In this document: positions 25,468 through 33,617 of the stretch, one piece after another
How positions within the stretch are numbered: position 1 is the first letter of the stretch
How the letters are laid out: each line of letters begins with the position of its first letter
Source of the DNA: a virus
Lineage: Duplodnaviria; Caudoviricetes
Reading direction: 5' to 3' (one strand)
Length of the DNA stretch: 33,617 nucleotides
IMG/VR virus record: IMGVR_UViG_3300032219_000876
Coordinates: 1-33,617 of that record
Position numbers and translations under genes: made by a program
The notes under the pieces: generated by a model
The model's input: the letters and a program-made list of their open reading frames with translations, nothing else
The model's database searches: none
What the model was told of the DNA's origin: nothing

Positions 25468-26095
25468 ATACTCTTGTATGGTTATCGACGGTTGCGCCGT
25501 TGTTGTTGGTGATAGTTAAACCGCCCTTCTGGTCGATGAGTTCACGGACAATCGGCACATAAGAAACCAATGACTGCGGACGGATTTTATCACAGGTCAT
25601 TCCTTTGGCGAGGGAGGCAACTTCTTGTGCAGTGAGCGCAGCGTTCCAAATTCCGACTTCCGCAATTTTTCCATTGAAGTATGCTCCGAGAATAGTGCTG
25701 ACTCTTCTTGCACCAATTACTGTTTCAGCTAAAAAGGCAGGAGTTCTATTTGTCGTATTTGTCACTGCATTTGATCCATTTAAATAAATTGTTCTTGAAT
25801 TGGTTGCTGAAAAAACTCCACAACAATGATTCCATGATCCTGTTGTATAAGTTGCGGTGGTTGTAGCATTGGATTGGTTTCCAGAACTTGTTGTCGATGC
25901 AAAAACAACTCCTGTAAGACCAGTAAATAATCCAAACCAAGATCCAGCCCCCCCCCCAGTGCTATCGACTGCACACAAAGCCGCATCTTGCAATAAATCA
26001 GGATTAAACCAACACGCCATAGTTAATGGCACTGCCGTGACTGGTGCAGAAGCTCTCGTAAGAGACTGATTTGTTCCGTCAAAATCGTAAGCCAT
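25460..26095 (-). CDS. LamG / concanavalin A-like lectin domain protein
   Basis: YDFDGTNQ, LTMACWF, WNHCCGV, IYLNG and FNGKIAEVGIWNAALTAQEV motifs. Confidence 0.85.
   Translation of the reverse strand: MAYDFDGTNQSLTRASAPVTAVPLTMACWFNPDLLQDAALCAVDSTGGGAGSWFGLFTGLTGVVFASTTSSGNQSNATTTATYTTGSWNHCCGVFSATNSRTIYLNGSNAVTNTTNRTPAFLAETVIGARRVSTILGAYFNGKIAEVGIWNAALTAQEVASLAKGMTCDKIRPQSLVSYVPIVRELIDQKGGLTITNNNGATVDNHTRVYA
25948..25957 (-). repeat. G10 homopolymer inside the lectin gene
   Basis: Ten consecutive C on the plus strand, read as ACT GGG GGG GGG GCT on the coding strand. Confidence 0.85.
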
Positions 26096-26097
26096 AA

Positions 26098-26601
26098 TTA
26101 AGCCGCGCTCCTCACTTCGACGGCGATCAACTCGGCATCACCTGTCATTGTGTCAGATGCGCTTGTTGCATTGCGTGTGACTTTCAATCGGAATCCATCG
26201 CCAGCGGTGACGGAGTCGATTGTCGTGAGCGTAATCTCTGTATAATTTGGAATGCCGCTTGTTCCGCTTGTTGCTGCCGTTGCGCTCGCTGACGTATCGA
26301 ACGAGTCGGCGTCTATATCGGTGGTCATTCTCTCTAATGCAACTTGCCACACGCAATTTCCAGATGTTGCTGTTGCGGCAGTCCAAATCAAACGGATTTT
26401 TAAACCGCTTGTGAGTATTGCGAATTGTGGAATGACGTCGAGGAAAACAGCATTCTGGACTGTCGTGTCGTTGAAATCTAATACGGCGATAGAATTTCGC
26501 GTGTCAAGCGTTGCAAATGCTGTTGCAGGCGGTTGATTTTCTCGCGGCGTAAACGTGCAAAAAGTGCCGACGCCATTTTGCAGGATGTTTGACGCGATCA
26601 T
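26098..26601 (-). CDS. Putative virion structural protein
   Basis: 167 aa, Thr/Ala-rich beta-type sequence. Confidence 0.6.
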   Translation of the reverse strand: MIASNILQNGVGTFCTFTPRENQPPATAFATLDTRNSIAVLDFNDTTVQNAVFLDVIPQFAILTSGLKIRLIWTAATATSGNCVWQVALERMTTDIDADSFDTSASATAATSGTSGIPNYTEITLTTIDSVTAGDGFRLKVTRNATSASDTMTGDAELIAVEVRSAA

Positions 26602-27011
26602 GCGAGCAATATTAGAGCATTCGTTTCGGTTGGTTTAGGGAACTTAAGTTCAAATGTTCCGTCAAAAACGCCACGTTCGCCACCAAAGGCAAGGACGCAC
26701 ATTACAGCATTATCTTTTGACGCATTGTAAACAACAGCTCCAGCAGCCTGGAATGATGCGCGGCTCAGTTTGATGTCATCGAACGAAACCCAAGCTGATT
26801 TTCCTGCAACGCCTGTCTTGAATCCCGATAGCTTTACGCCACCGGCCTCATACCCGTTGCCGCTAATCTCGCCGTTCGGCGTGTATTTCTGAAGTTCGGG
26901 CCCGATCTTCGCATCCGTTCTGTATAGCGCGATTTTGTATTGATCATTAGGTTGATGCAGCCCTATCAAAAAGGCTTGCTTTGCTGAGAGTGCTATTCCT
27001 TGTGTTATCAT
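26598..27011 (-). CDS. Putative virion structural protein
   Basis: YKIALY..EISGNGYEAGG..FDD..GAVVYN pattern common in aquatic phage structural genes. Confidence 0.65.
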   Translation of the reverse strand: MITQGIALSAKQAFLIGLHQPNDQYKIALYRTDAKIGPELQKYTPNGEISGNGYEAGGVKLSGFKTGVAGKSAWVSFDDIKLSRASFQAAGAVVYNASKDNAVMCVLAFGGERGVFDGTFELKFPKPTETNALILLA

Positions 27012-29212
27012 TTGGTTTGTGCTTGGCAGACTGCTGCGCGTTGTGCGGTTTCTGGGTATTCGGAGATCATCACATCATCGCCCATACAGCGAGAGACGAA
27101 GTCAGATTTAGATTCGCCTATCGATGGGGTGGGCATTACCAGTTCGGATATCAAATTAACTCCGTTAAATCTCCCGTGTTTATCTCGTGAGAATTTCATT
27201 CCCTTTTGTTTTGACGCAGCTTCTTTTGCTGCCATCACGCTCGTCTTATTAGCGGCCCATGTCTGCCCTGCATCTCCACCCCACAACGCCCATGCGATGC
27301 GGCCTGCGGATGGGAATCCATCTTCTCCTGGTTGAAAGCCCTGTCCCTTTTTATCGACTTCGTGACGTGAAAAAAACGAGTGCATTCTTTTGACGGTATC
27401 GTCCGAAAGATTCTTTCCGTTCGAGATGTCGCGAGCGCGTGCAACTCCGACCTCGGTTCCGCCTCGGTTGTATTTCCTGCGCCACTCCAAGCCACGAGCG
27501 GCTTCCTCAATCATTCCCTTGCTAGGCTTGTTCTGATCGGCCTCAAATGCTGACGGAGTTGGTTCCTCCTGCGGCTTTGCTGGTTCGGCGTTGATGATTT
27601 TGTTTGCGTTCGCTTCGTCCATTCCGAATACAACGCGAAGGATGACGGCGACTTGTTCCGCTGAAAGTTCGCCGCGACCGAGCGAGGAGAGGATGCCGGA
27701 AAGCGCATCCGTGCCACCGATGCCGATGCTCTCGATAAGCGGCGGTGCTTCGTTCTTGCTCTCGTCAAAGATCGTGTCGATAGCAGTAATCGGAACGGAA
27801 TCAGAAATGCGGTTGGGTTGGATGTCGAACTCTTGACCAAGTTCCTTGATCATGTTTGCTTCCTTCGCCCTTGCACGGAGTGCTTCCTCGTAGTCCTCTC
27901 CCATGTCGGAGTAAATCTGTCCTGCTGTTTTCAAGCCAGCTTTCCAAAGCGCAATATCGGCATTGGCTTCGCGCCCGTAGTCAATCGAAACCTTGGCAGG
28001 CCAGCACCAGCGGCCATCAAGAAGGTATTCGGAATCTGGAATGAGTCCTCGAGAAGCGGCGTCAAGAAGAATAACATTCTTGATACGGTTGAGAAATTGA
28101 CCTTCCAAGAGTCCACGCCACCGAAGAAATGTTCGCTCGGCCATCGCGGCCTCCATTCGAGCCATAGGGCCGCTCTTATCTGCGTCGAATGCGAAGCCGT
28201 AAGGAAGTCCAACGGCCATGCAAATGTGCGCTTGAACCAAGCGGATAAATTCTCCGAATGCGCCTGTCGGTCTGTCCGACTTGAACATTTCCATTTTCTC
28301 GCCTGCGCTTAGATAGTTTACCGTTCCAGGGTCGAGCGACTGCAATCGTGCGACTTGGCCTTGATCGTTCGTGTTTCCGCGAGCAAAGTAGTCGCCAGCG
28401 TCTGCGGCTCCGCTCTCGGTGGTGATGACGCCGGACTGATAGCTCGCGTATTTGATCGCCTGCACTTCGGCCTTGATCGCTTCTTGCAGATCGCGGGTTG
28501 CGTTTAGCGCAGTAGCGAAAGCAGAGCGTCCGCGATATTCGTCAAGTCTTGCCGCGTCGAATAGGTGGATAAACTCTTTTGCACCAATATTAACAGGAGA
28601 GATATACTGGTTATTGATAGTGCGCGTAAATATAGTGTAAGAAACGGGTCGCCCATAGTCGTCAATGTTGATGCCACCGATGTATTTGTCGGTGTCGGTT
28701 TGGTCGTAAGGCGATCCGATGCGGTCGGCCTCGACGCTTTGTAGTTTTAAATCTTCGCGGTCGCGAACGATGATGAATCCGCAGTCTCCATCGCGAAGCA
28801 TTGCGGTAACTGCGAGTTGTAGCAAGGTTGTGAAATTGTGACGCCCCAAGAAATCACAGTCGTTACACCACTTTTGCCAGTAGCGTTCGATGGCAGTATC
28901 CGCTTCGCGGTTGCCGGTTCGCGCTTGATAAGCGATGCGTCCCGAGACGTAGGTTGCAAATTTGAGAAGGAGAGAACGAACCGGCGGGAAATTGTCGGCA
29001 AGATCGCGAGCGGCTCGGATGAGAGCGAATCGTTCCCGAGTTCCGCTTGTGTCCTCGCCACCGGATACGCCGCGGCTGATCCCGCGCTTCTCGCTTGTCA
29101 AAGCAGAATCGAAGCGACCGAAGTTTCGCAGCTTCGCCTGGTTGACCATGCGATCGAGCGCGGCCTTGGGAGACACGAACGAAATGGCTTTGGTGATTAT
29201 GTCTTGCGTCAT
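27008..29212 (-). CDS. Portal protein, lambda family, with a ~240-aa C-terminal extension
   Basis: AARDLADNFP, CDFLGRHNF, LRDGDC, LQSVEADRI and EYRGRS motifs. Confidence 0.9.
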   Translation of the reverse strand: MTQDIITKAISFVSPKAALDRMVNQAKLRNFGRFDSALTSEKRGISRGVSGGEDTSGTRERFALIRAARDLADNFPPVRSLLLKFATYVSGRIAYQARTGNREADTAIERYWQKWCNDCDFLGRHNFTTLLQLAVTAMLRDGDCGFIIVRDREDLKLQSVEADRIGSPYDQTDTDKYIGGINIDDYGRPVSYTIFTRTINNQYISPVNIGAKEFIHLFDAARLDEYRGRSAFATALNATRDLQEAIKAEVQAIKYASYQSGVITTESGAADAGDYFARGNTNDQGQVARLQSLDPGTVNYLSAGEKMEMFKSDRPTGAFGEFIRLVQAHICMAVGLPYGFAFDADKSGPMARMEAAMAERTFLRWRGLLEGQFLNRIKNVILLDAASRGLIPDSEYLLDGRWCWPAKVSIDYGREANADIALWKAGLKTAGQIYSDMGEDYEEALRARAKEANMIKELGQEFDIQPNRISDSVPITAIDTIFDESKNEAPPLIESIGIGGTDALSGILSSLGRGELSAEQVAVILRVVFGMDEANANKIINAEPAKPQEEPTPSAFEADQNKPSKGMIEEAARGLEWRRKYNRGGTEVGVARARDISNGKNLSDDTVKRMHSFFSRHEVDKKGQGFQPGEDGFPSAGRIAWALWGGDAGQTWAANKTSVMAAKEAASKQKGMKFSRDKHGRFNGVNLISELVMPTPSIGESKSDFVSRCMGDDVMISEYPETAQRAAVCQAQTK

Positions 29213-29457
29213 GGTCGTTGCGTCGGGAAAGTCGGCGTGTAGCGTGATACCCTATTCCCGCTGGCGTTGTCAATAGCGGCTTGCAACTCTTTTATTGTCT
29301 GCGCGACCTCGGCAAGATTGGCGCGAGTAAACGAGCGGCCTGCTATGCTGTAAGACGCGCCTGCAATGGCAATCGCTTTTAAGCAAGCCGTGAAATCGGT
29401 CTGCAATTCTTGCAAGGTTGCAAGCGGCAAACCGAAGAATGATTTGTTCATCGCCAT
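29209..29457 (-). CDS. gpW-like head completion protein
   Basis: SYSIAGRSFTRANLAEV motif; lies between terminase and portal as in lambda. Confidence 0.75.
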   Translation of the reverse strand: MAMNKSFFGLPLATLQELQTDFTACLKAIAIAGASYSIAGRSFTRANLAEVAQTIKELQAAIDNASGNRVSRYTPTFPTQRP

Positions 29458-29471
29458 TTAAAAGTTCGTTG

Positions 29472-29477
29472 TGTCAA
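29472..29477 (-). promoter_or_regulatory. TTGACA motif 14 nt upstream of the gpW-like ATG
   Basis: TTGACA-caacgaacttttaa-ATG(29457); overlaps the terminase stop codon. Confidence 0.6.
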
Positions 29478-31201
29478 TTCTCGCCTATCGGCAAAACGCC
29501 AGCCAGCATCGCAGCCGCAAGCGCGATACACTCGCAGTCCCACAGATGGTTCGGCCTGCCGCCGATGCGAACCCATCGTTGCTCGACTTGTTTGGTTTTG
29601 GAGTTGGTGACGTCCTTCTTCATCTCCGAGAGCATTTGCTTGCGGTAGTCATCCGAAACATCCCGCGCAACTTCCCATTTCGGAACTGCGTCAGCTTGGC
29701 GAAGTGAAGCGAGTTTGTCTTTTATGCCTTCGTTCGAGAAAAAGAAATAAGCGCATTTCAAACCATCGCTTCCGGCTTGCGCTCCTTCGATCTTTGAAAC
29801 AAAACGCCGCGTGCGCCTGCCGCCGTCGAGATGATAAAAACCTTCCTGCCCCGATCCGTGCGATGCCGTCCACCCACGCCGAGCGCATTGTTCGTAAACA
29901 AGCGGAGTATCGTAACCGGCATCAACAACAACGCACCGCGGCACTACGTCGAATTGTTGCTGGATGGCGTCGAGCGTCTCCCAAGTTAGCGGACGCGACT
30001 CGTGCAATAGCATCGAAGATCCGTCCACTCGGAAGGCGCGGACGATGCACCAGAAGTGATCGCGCTGTTTATCGACGCACATAAAGCGTCTGTGTTCGCC
30101 GTCGATCTTCTGGCCCTCAAGATACTCGGCCTTCGCATAGTCGCCGGTAGTGATCTCCGGTAGGTCGCTCGTCACTTCGTCCTGCCACGTCTGCGCCTTT
30201 CTTTTTTGAACAAATTGTTTGAGCGGTTCCAAGTTGCCAGATGACTTGGCTTCGTTGGCTTCAATCCATTCTTTGACGATAGAAAACCAAGGAATCCACC
30301 AGACGGCGTAAGCCGGATATTCGAACGAGCGATGACCTCGCACCGGGTGCGGGTTGAGTGCGCGGTAGGTTGCAGTATTTGCAAGGTTGCGTCGAGTGCT
30401 GGCGTCGTCTTTGTAGCGTGTTTCGCAATGCTCGCACTTCATGTTGACCGAGTCTTGCACCTTATCCCAAAGGATGCCCCCCTTGTCGTCGCGTTCGGTC
30501 ACATATTCGATCTGATCGAACAAGTAACGCTGCCAGTTCCCACATTGGGAACACGTCCAACCCCAGACTTCTCGCGTTCCGCTGTCCCATTCCGCGTCCG
30601 CTTCATGTCCTGCGTCCCATCCCTGCGAGACGAGAAGCGTCTTGCGGTTCCAGCGGTCGTGGTGTCTGGCCTTCAACTCTTTTATCATCCCGCTTTTCCA
30701 CCGCCAGACCTCGTCGCCGATGCAATAGCGCATGGATTTTTCTTGTAGGTTCGTCATGTTCGCACCGCCTGCGAAGAGAACCATGTGTGGGAAAAGTATA
30801 GTCGTTTTTCTCAGAGCGTGTCGGTCTTCTGGGAACAGGTCGCGAACAGGCTTGCACTCTTGAAAGATCGGCAATAGGCGCGATTCTGTCCAATCCTTCA
30901 CCATGTCATCAGTTTGACCCACGAACAAAGTCGGCCCAGGCTTTTGAGCCACGATAAAGCAGGCCAGCGTTTCCATCATCGTTGTCTTTCCTCCTCCGGT
31001 CGGTGCGCGAAGAAAGACTTGCGTGGTCTCGTCATCACTTGCGGCCAATAGCGGAGCGTTGAGCCACGGCGCAACAGAAGGATCGAAGCGCGAAGCGCGA
31101 TCCGAGTTAGGAAAACTAACGTGATCGCTTGCCCAATCTAAAATTGTTCCGTCGAATGCCAGCTTGATGCCGTCGCGGATGCCTTGTGCTAGTGCATTCA
31201 T
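29474..31201 (-). CDS. terL: Terminase large subunit, lambda gpA family
   Basis: Walker A APTGGGKT, Walker B CIGDEV, CSQC and CEHC zinc knuckles, VDAGY and NHLWDC nuclease motifs. Confidence 0.92.
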   Translation of the reverse strand: MNALAQGIRDGIKLAFDGTILDWASDHVSFPNSDRASRFDPSVAPWLNAPLLAASDDETTQVFLRAPTGGGKTTMMETLACFIVAQKPGPTLFVGQTDDMVKDWTESRLLPIFQECKPVRDLFPEDRHALRKTTILFPHMVLFAGGANMTNLQEKSMRYCIGDEVWRWKSGMIKELKARHHDRWNRKTLLVSQGWDAGHEADAEWDSGTREVWGWTCSQCGNWQRYLFDQIEYVTERDDKGGILWDKVQDSVNMKCEHCETRYKDDASTRRNLANTATYRALNPHPVRGHRSFEYPAYAVWWIPWFSIVKEWIEANEAKSSGNLEPLKQFVQKRKAQTWQDEVTSDLPEITTGDYAKAEYLEGQKIDGEHRRFMCVDKQRDHFWCIVRAFRVDGSSMLLHESRPLTWETLDAIQQQFDVVPRCVVVDAGYDTPLVYEQCARRGWTASHGSGQEGFYHLDGGRRTRRFVSKIEGAQAGSDGLKCAYFFFSNEGIKDKLASLRQADAVPKWEVARDVSDDYRKQMLSEMKKDVTNSKTKQVEQRWVRIGGRPNHLWDCECIALAAAMLAGVLPIGEN

Positions 31202-31407
31202 CGCATTCCGAAAATGTGTTTGAGCGCGTCTACATTCGGAGACGCCGGTTGTTTAGAACTCGACTCCTCTTCTCCATCATACATTGCAATTTCCCACGTC
31301 TGACAAAACATCTTGCGAAGACCGGCAGCGGACATCGTCACGTTGCCATCTCCATCGAAGGATGGATTTCGCTTGCAGTATATTTTCCAGAGTTCTTTTT
31401 TAGTCAT
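31198..31407 (-). CDS. Hypothetical protein between the terminase subunits
   Basis: 69-aa ORF coupled at both ends. Confidence 0.6.
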   Translation of the reverse strand: MTKKELWKIYCKRNPSFDGDGNVTMSAAGLRKMFCQTWEIAMYDGEEESSSKQPASPNVDALKHIFGMR

Positions 31408-31997
31408 ACCTTCTCAAGTTCAGTTCTGATCTCGGCAAGGATCGACTGCGTGCGCTCGTGCAGTTTCTTCCGTAGGGTTGACTCGTCTAGCCCAGCCAGC
31501 GCGCCCGATGCGTCGTTGACCAATGCCGCAAGTTTTGCCGAGAAGATCGCGCCGATGCGGATGCCTGATTCGCGGACTACGGCGTTTTTGATGTATTCAC
31601 CGCGATCAACCGAAAGCGCAAACTCGATCTTCTCGCATTCCAGTAATGTCTTCCGCAACTTCGCCTGCTGGATGTTCTCCGGCGCGGTGTCGCCTCGCCC
31701 ATGCGTTTCGAGCCAGTCCTTCCTCCACTCCGTAGCGGCCTCGATGCTGGTCATAGGCATTCCCTGCTTGACCATCTTGTGGATGTTCGGCTGCGTCATG
31801 CCCCATGCCGCTGCAAGCTCGGCCTGCGTTAGCCCTTTACCGTCCCGCTTTGCCGCAAACTCTGCCGCGATCTTCGACTCTCGCGCCGTCAGCGTCTTGC
31901 CGTCCTTCAGTTTTTGAAGGATGTTTTTGAACTCGGCTTCGCGGATCTTCCCCTGGAGATCGGATGCGGGTTGCGGTGGTTGGGTTTTCTTTGGCAT
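31404..31997 (-). CDS. terS: Terminase small subunit, Nu1-like
   Basis: HTH LTQAELAAAWGMTQPNIHKMVKQGMP, then coiled coil AKLRKTLLECEKIE..RGEYI. Confidence 0.8.
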   Translation of the reverse strand: MPKKTQPPQPASDLQGKIREAEFKNILQKLKDGKTLTARESKIAAEFAAKRDGKGLTQAELAAAWGMTQPNIHKMVKQGMPMTSIEAATEWRKDWLETHGRGDTAPENIQQAKLRKTLLECEKIEFALSVDRGEYIKNAVVRESGIRIGAIFSAKLAALVNDASGALAGLDESTLRKKLHERTQSILAEIRTELEKV

Positions 31998-32000
31998 TTT

Positions 32001-32047
32001 TATTTAAAAAAAATTGTTTGACATATAACCGAGCGTTGGGTTATTTT
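32001..32047 (+). promoter_or_regulatory. Sigma70-type promoter with a palindromic operator-like spacer
   Basis: A-tract UP element, TTGACA (32018-32023), 18 nt, TATTTT (32042-32047); inverted repeat ATAACC-N8-GGTTAT (32025-32044). Confidence 0.7.
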
Positions 32048-32056
32048 ATTGGCGTA

Positions 32057-32407
32057 ATGAAAACACCAGAAACCACAAGCAAAGCCGCCGCACTGCTCGG
32101 TAGCATCACCACAGAATCCAAAGCCACTGCTGCCCGCAATAATGGCAAGCGCGGGGGCCGCCCGCTCACACTCACAGGTGGTAGGGCAGGTTTTGTCATC
32201 GCGATTGATGCGGCGTTTCGCACTCCTGCGAGTAACCCTACCATTCGATACAGTCATGCGCGGGGATTCCACGTTGAAAGCGGGATTCATGCTGCGGACT
32301 CTGATGTGCTGTGGAGCGCATCGGCCAACTATATCCTGCCGAGCGGTCGCCGTTCGGTGCGGCCTACGGATTACACCGAAGTTCGGGTGGCTATCATGCA
32401 CGAATAG
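32057..32407 (+). CDS. Only plus-strand gene: 116-aa protein with an AARNNGKRGGRP motif
   Basis: ATG just downstream of the promoter; fills the gap between terS and the methyltransferase. Confidence 0.7.
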   Translation: MKTPETTSKAAALLGSITTESKATAARNNGKRGGRPLTLTGGRAGFVIAIDAAFRTPASNPTIRYSHARGFHVESGIHAADSDVLWSASANYILPSGRRSVRPTDYTEVRVAIMHE

Positions 32408-33554
32408 TTTCATCAGAAATTTTTGGAATTCCTCCTGTTGCCGTAGCCCACCTATCAATAATCACAGCGCAAAATGCCGGGTCGATTTCAACGGCTCGGC
32501 ATTTTCGTTTTAACTGTTCGCATGCCATCAAACATGTCCCCGAACCCGCGTAAGGATCATAGACATCACCGGTGGTGCAATTTGCTATAAGCATTCTAAT
32601 CCAATCCATCGGCTTGCTATGCGAATGCTCACTGTCCGAATGGAGCTTGGTTATTGGCGCAGAAAAAACATCCGACAAATGTTTGCCGCGCGGGTCAGGT
32701 TTGAATGTGTAACAACCTCGGCTGTTGAATACTTCCCGTTGTTCTCCAGCGTCGCCGTAGTGAGATCCGTCAGGATTGTAGTTTTGTATTTCGCCATAAA
32801 AAGCGCACAATTTCATTCTTCTTAACGGTCGGTTTGGGGTATACCAAGACGAAACGCAATCCCACACGAACAACCAATTTGGCGCACCAAATATATTAAC
32901 GACATCGTGCAAGCGTTGCCCGTCAGCAAATGATAAAACATTATTTCTCCGCTCTGTTGACTTCATTGCATCCCACGGCGGGTCGAAAAACAATGTCGGG
33001 CAATCTTCTCCAAATTTAATTTTAGAACTATCCCCGCACAGCAACCGATGGTCGCCAAGCTCCCAAAGCTGGCCCGGCTCGACGCCCCACTTGGCGCGGA
33101 GTTCTTCGGCTTTGTCGATCTGGGGTTCGGCATCGACGGCGGAGGTTTCGGTTATCTCCTTATCAAAGTCAATCTCACCAAATTCAAAGTCATCTACGCT
33201 GATTTCTTTCAGCTCACCCCAGTCGATGTCTTTGATTTCAAGTTTCAACAATTCTTCATTCCATCCGCTGTTGACTTCAGCGAGCCGGTTGTCCGCAATG
33301 ATGTATGCCTTGCGTTGGTTGTCGGTAAGATGTCCGAGCCGGATGCACGGCACGTCTTTCAGCTCCAACTTCTGCGCCGCCATCACGCGACCGTGACCGG
33401 CGATGATGCCGTTGTCGCGGTCGATCAAGACAGGATTGTTAAAACCAAACTCGCGGATGCTACCGGCTAGTTTCGAGACCTGAGCGGCGTCGTGTTTTTT
33501 TGCGTTTCGCGCGTAGGGAATGAGCTTCTCGGTTGGGATTTGTTCGATCTTCAT
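32394..33554 (-). CDS. ParB-like N-terminal domain fused to a beta-class N6A/N4C DNA methyltransferase
   Basis: LIPYARNAKKH..IIAGHGR..IADNRL; WELGDHRLLCGDS; catalytic DPPW; HSHSKP; SAM-binding VYDPYAGSGT. Confidence 0.9.
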   Translation of the reverse strand: MKIEQIPTEKLIPYARNAKKHDAAQVSKLAGSIREFGFNNPVLIDRDNGIIAGHGRVMAAQKLELKDVPCIRLGHLTDNQRKAYIIADNRLAEVNSGWNEELLKLEIKDIDWGELKEISVDDFEFGEIDFDKEITETSAVDAEPQIDKAEELRAKWGVEPGQLWELGDHRLLCGDSSKIKFGEDCPTLFFDPPWDAMKSTERRNNVLSFADGQRLHDVVNIFGAPNWLFVWDCVSSWYTPNRPLRRMKLCAFYGEIQNYNPDGSHYGDAGEQREVFNSRGCYTFKPDPRGKHLSDVFSAPITKLHSDSEHSHSKPMDWIRMLIANCTTGDVYDPYAGSGTCLMACEQLKRKCRAVEIDPAFCAVIIDRWATATGGIPKISDETIRA

Positions 33555-33605
33555 TTGGTTTTTTATAACTCAGATTTTTTGGATTGTTCATAAGGGAGTG
33601 TAGAG

Positions 33606-33617
33606 AGTATGTTAACC
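33606..33617. repeat. Terminal direct repeat, right copy
   Basis: Identical to positions 1-12. Confidence 0.85.

Noticed and set aside
32000-32458. 152-aa minus-strand ORF between the MTase and terS
   Set aside because: No motifs and a poor start; the plus-strand ORF over the same interval has a promoter and a recognisable motif
33581-33617. Resemblance of CATAA...TATGTTAA near the genome end to a XerC/XerD dif site
   Set aside because: The spacer is about 13 nt rather than 6 and both arms are degenerate; the cos interpretation fits the context better

Overview
The window looks like a complete or near-complete ~33.6 kb tailed phage genome (lambda-like head, siphovirus-like tail) bounded by a 12-bp terminal direct repeat (AGTATGTTAACC) that may be a filled-in cos end. 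Almost all genes are on the minus strand. Read from the right end, the order is: ParB-methyltransferase; terminase small and large subunits; gpW-like protein; portal with a long C-terminal extension; a six-gene block including a LamG lectin; protease/scaffold; decoration protein; major capsid; three glycosyltransferase-like genes; head-tail connectors; tail tube; frameshifted tail chaperones; tape measure; a compact tail tip; a lysis cassette; accessory genes; then recombination and replication genes (RuvC-like resolvase, AAA_24 ATPase, PD-(D/E)XK nuclease, SSB, initiator with iteron origin, DnaB) and a sigma-region-4-like HTH protein. I recognised no integrase, repressor, polymerase, tRNA or CRISPR array. 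Four signals stand out. (1) A TTGAC(A/G) hexamer sits only 13-18 nt upstream of the start codon at the head of most structural sub-modules, and also upstream of a predicted internal scaffold start, suggesting a non-canonical late expression signal. (2) A putative virion glycosylation cluster follows the capsid gene. (3) The only plus-strand gene has a promoter containing an exact origin iteron, and its product shares the initiator's NGKxGGRP motif. (4) A G10 tract lies in the head-module lectin gene. All family assignments come from motif recognition by eye, not database searches.
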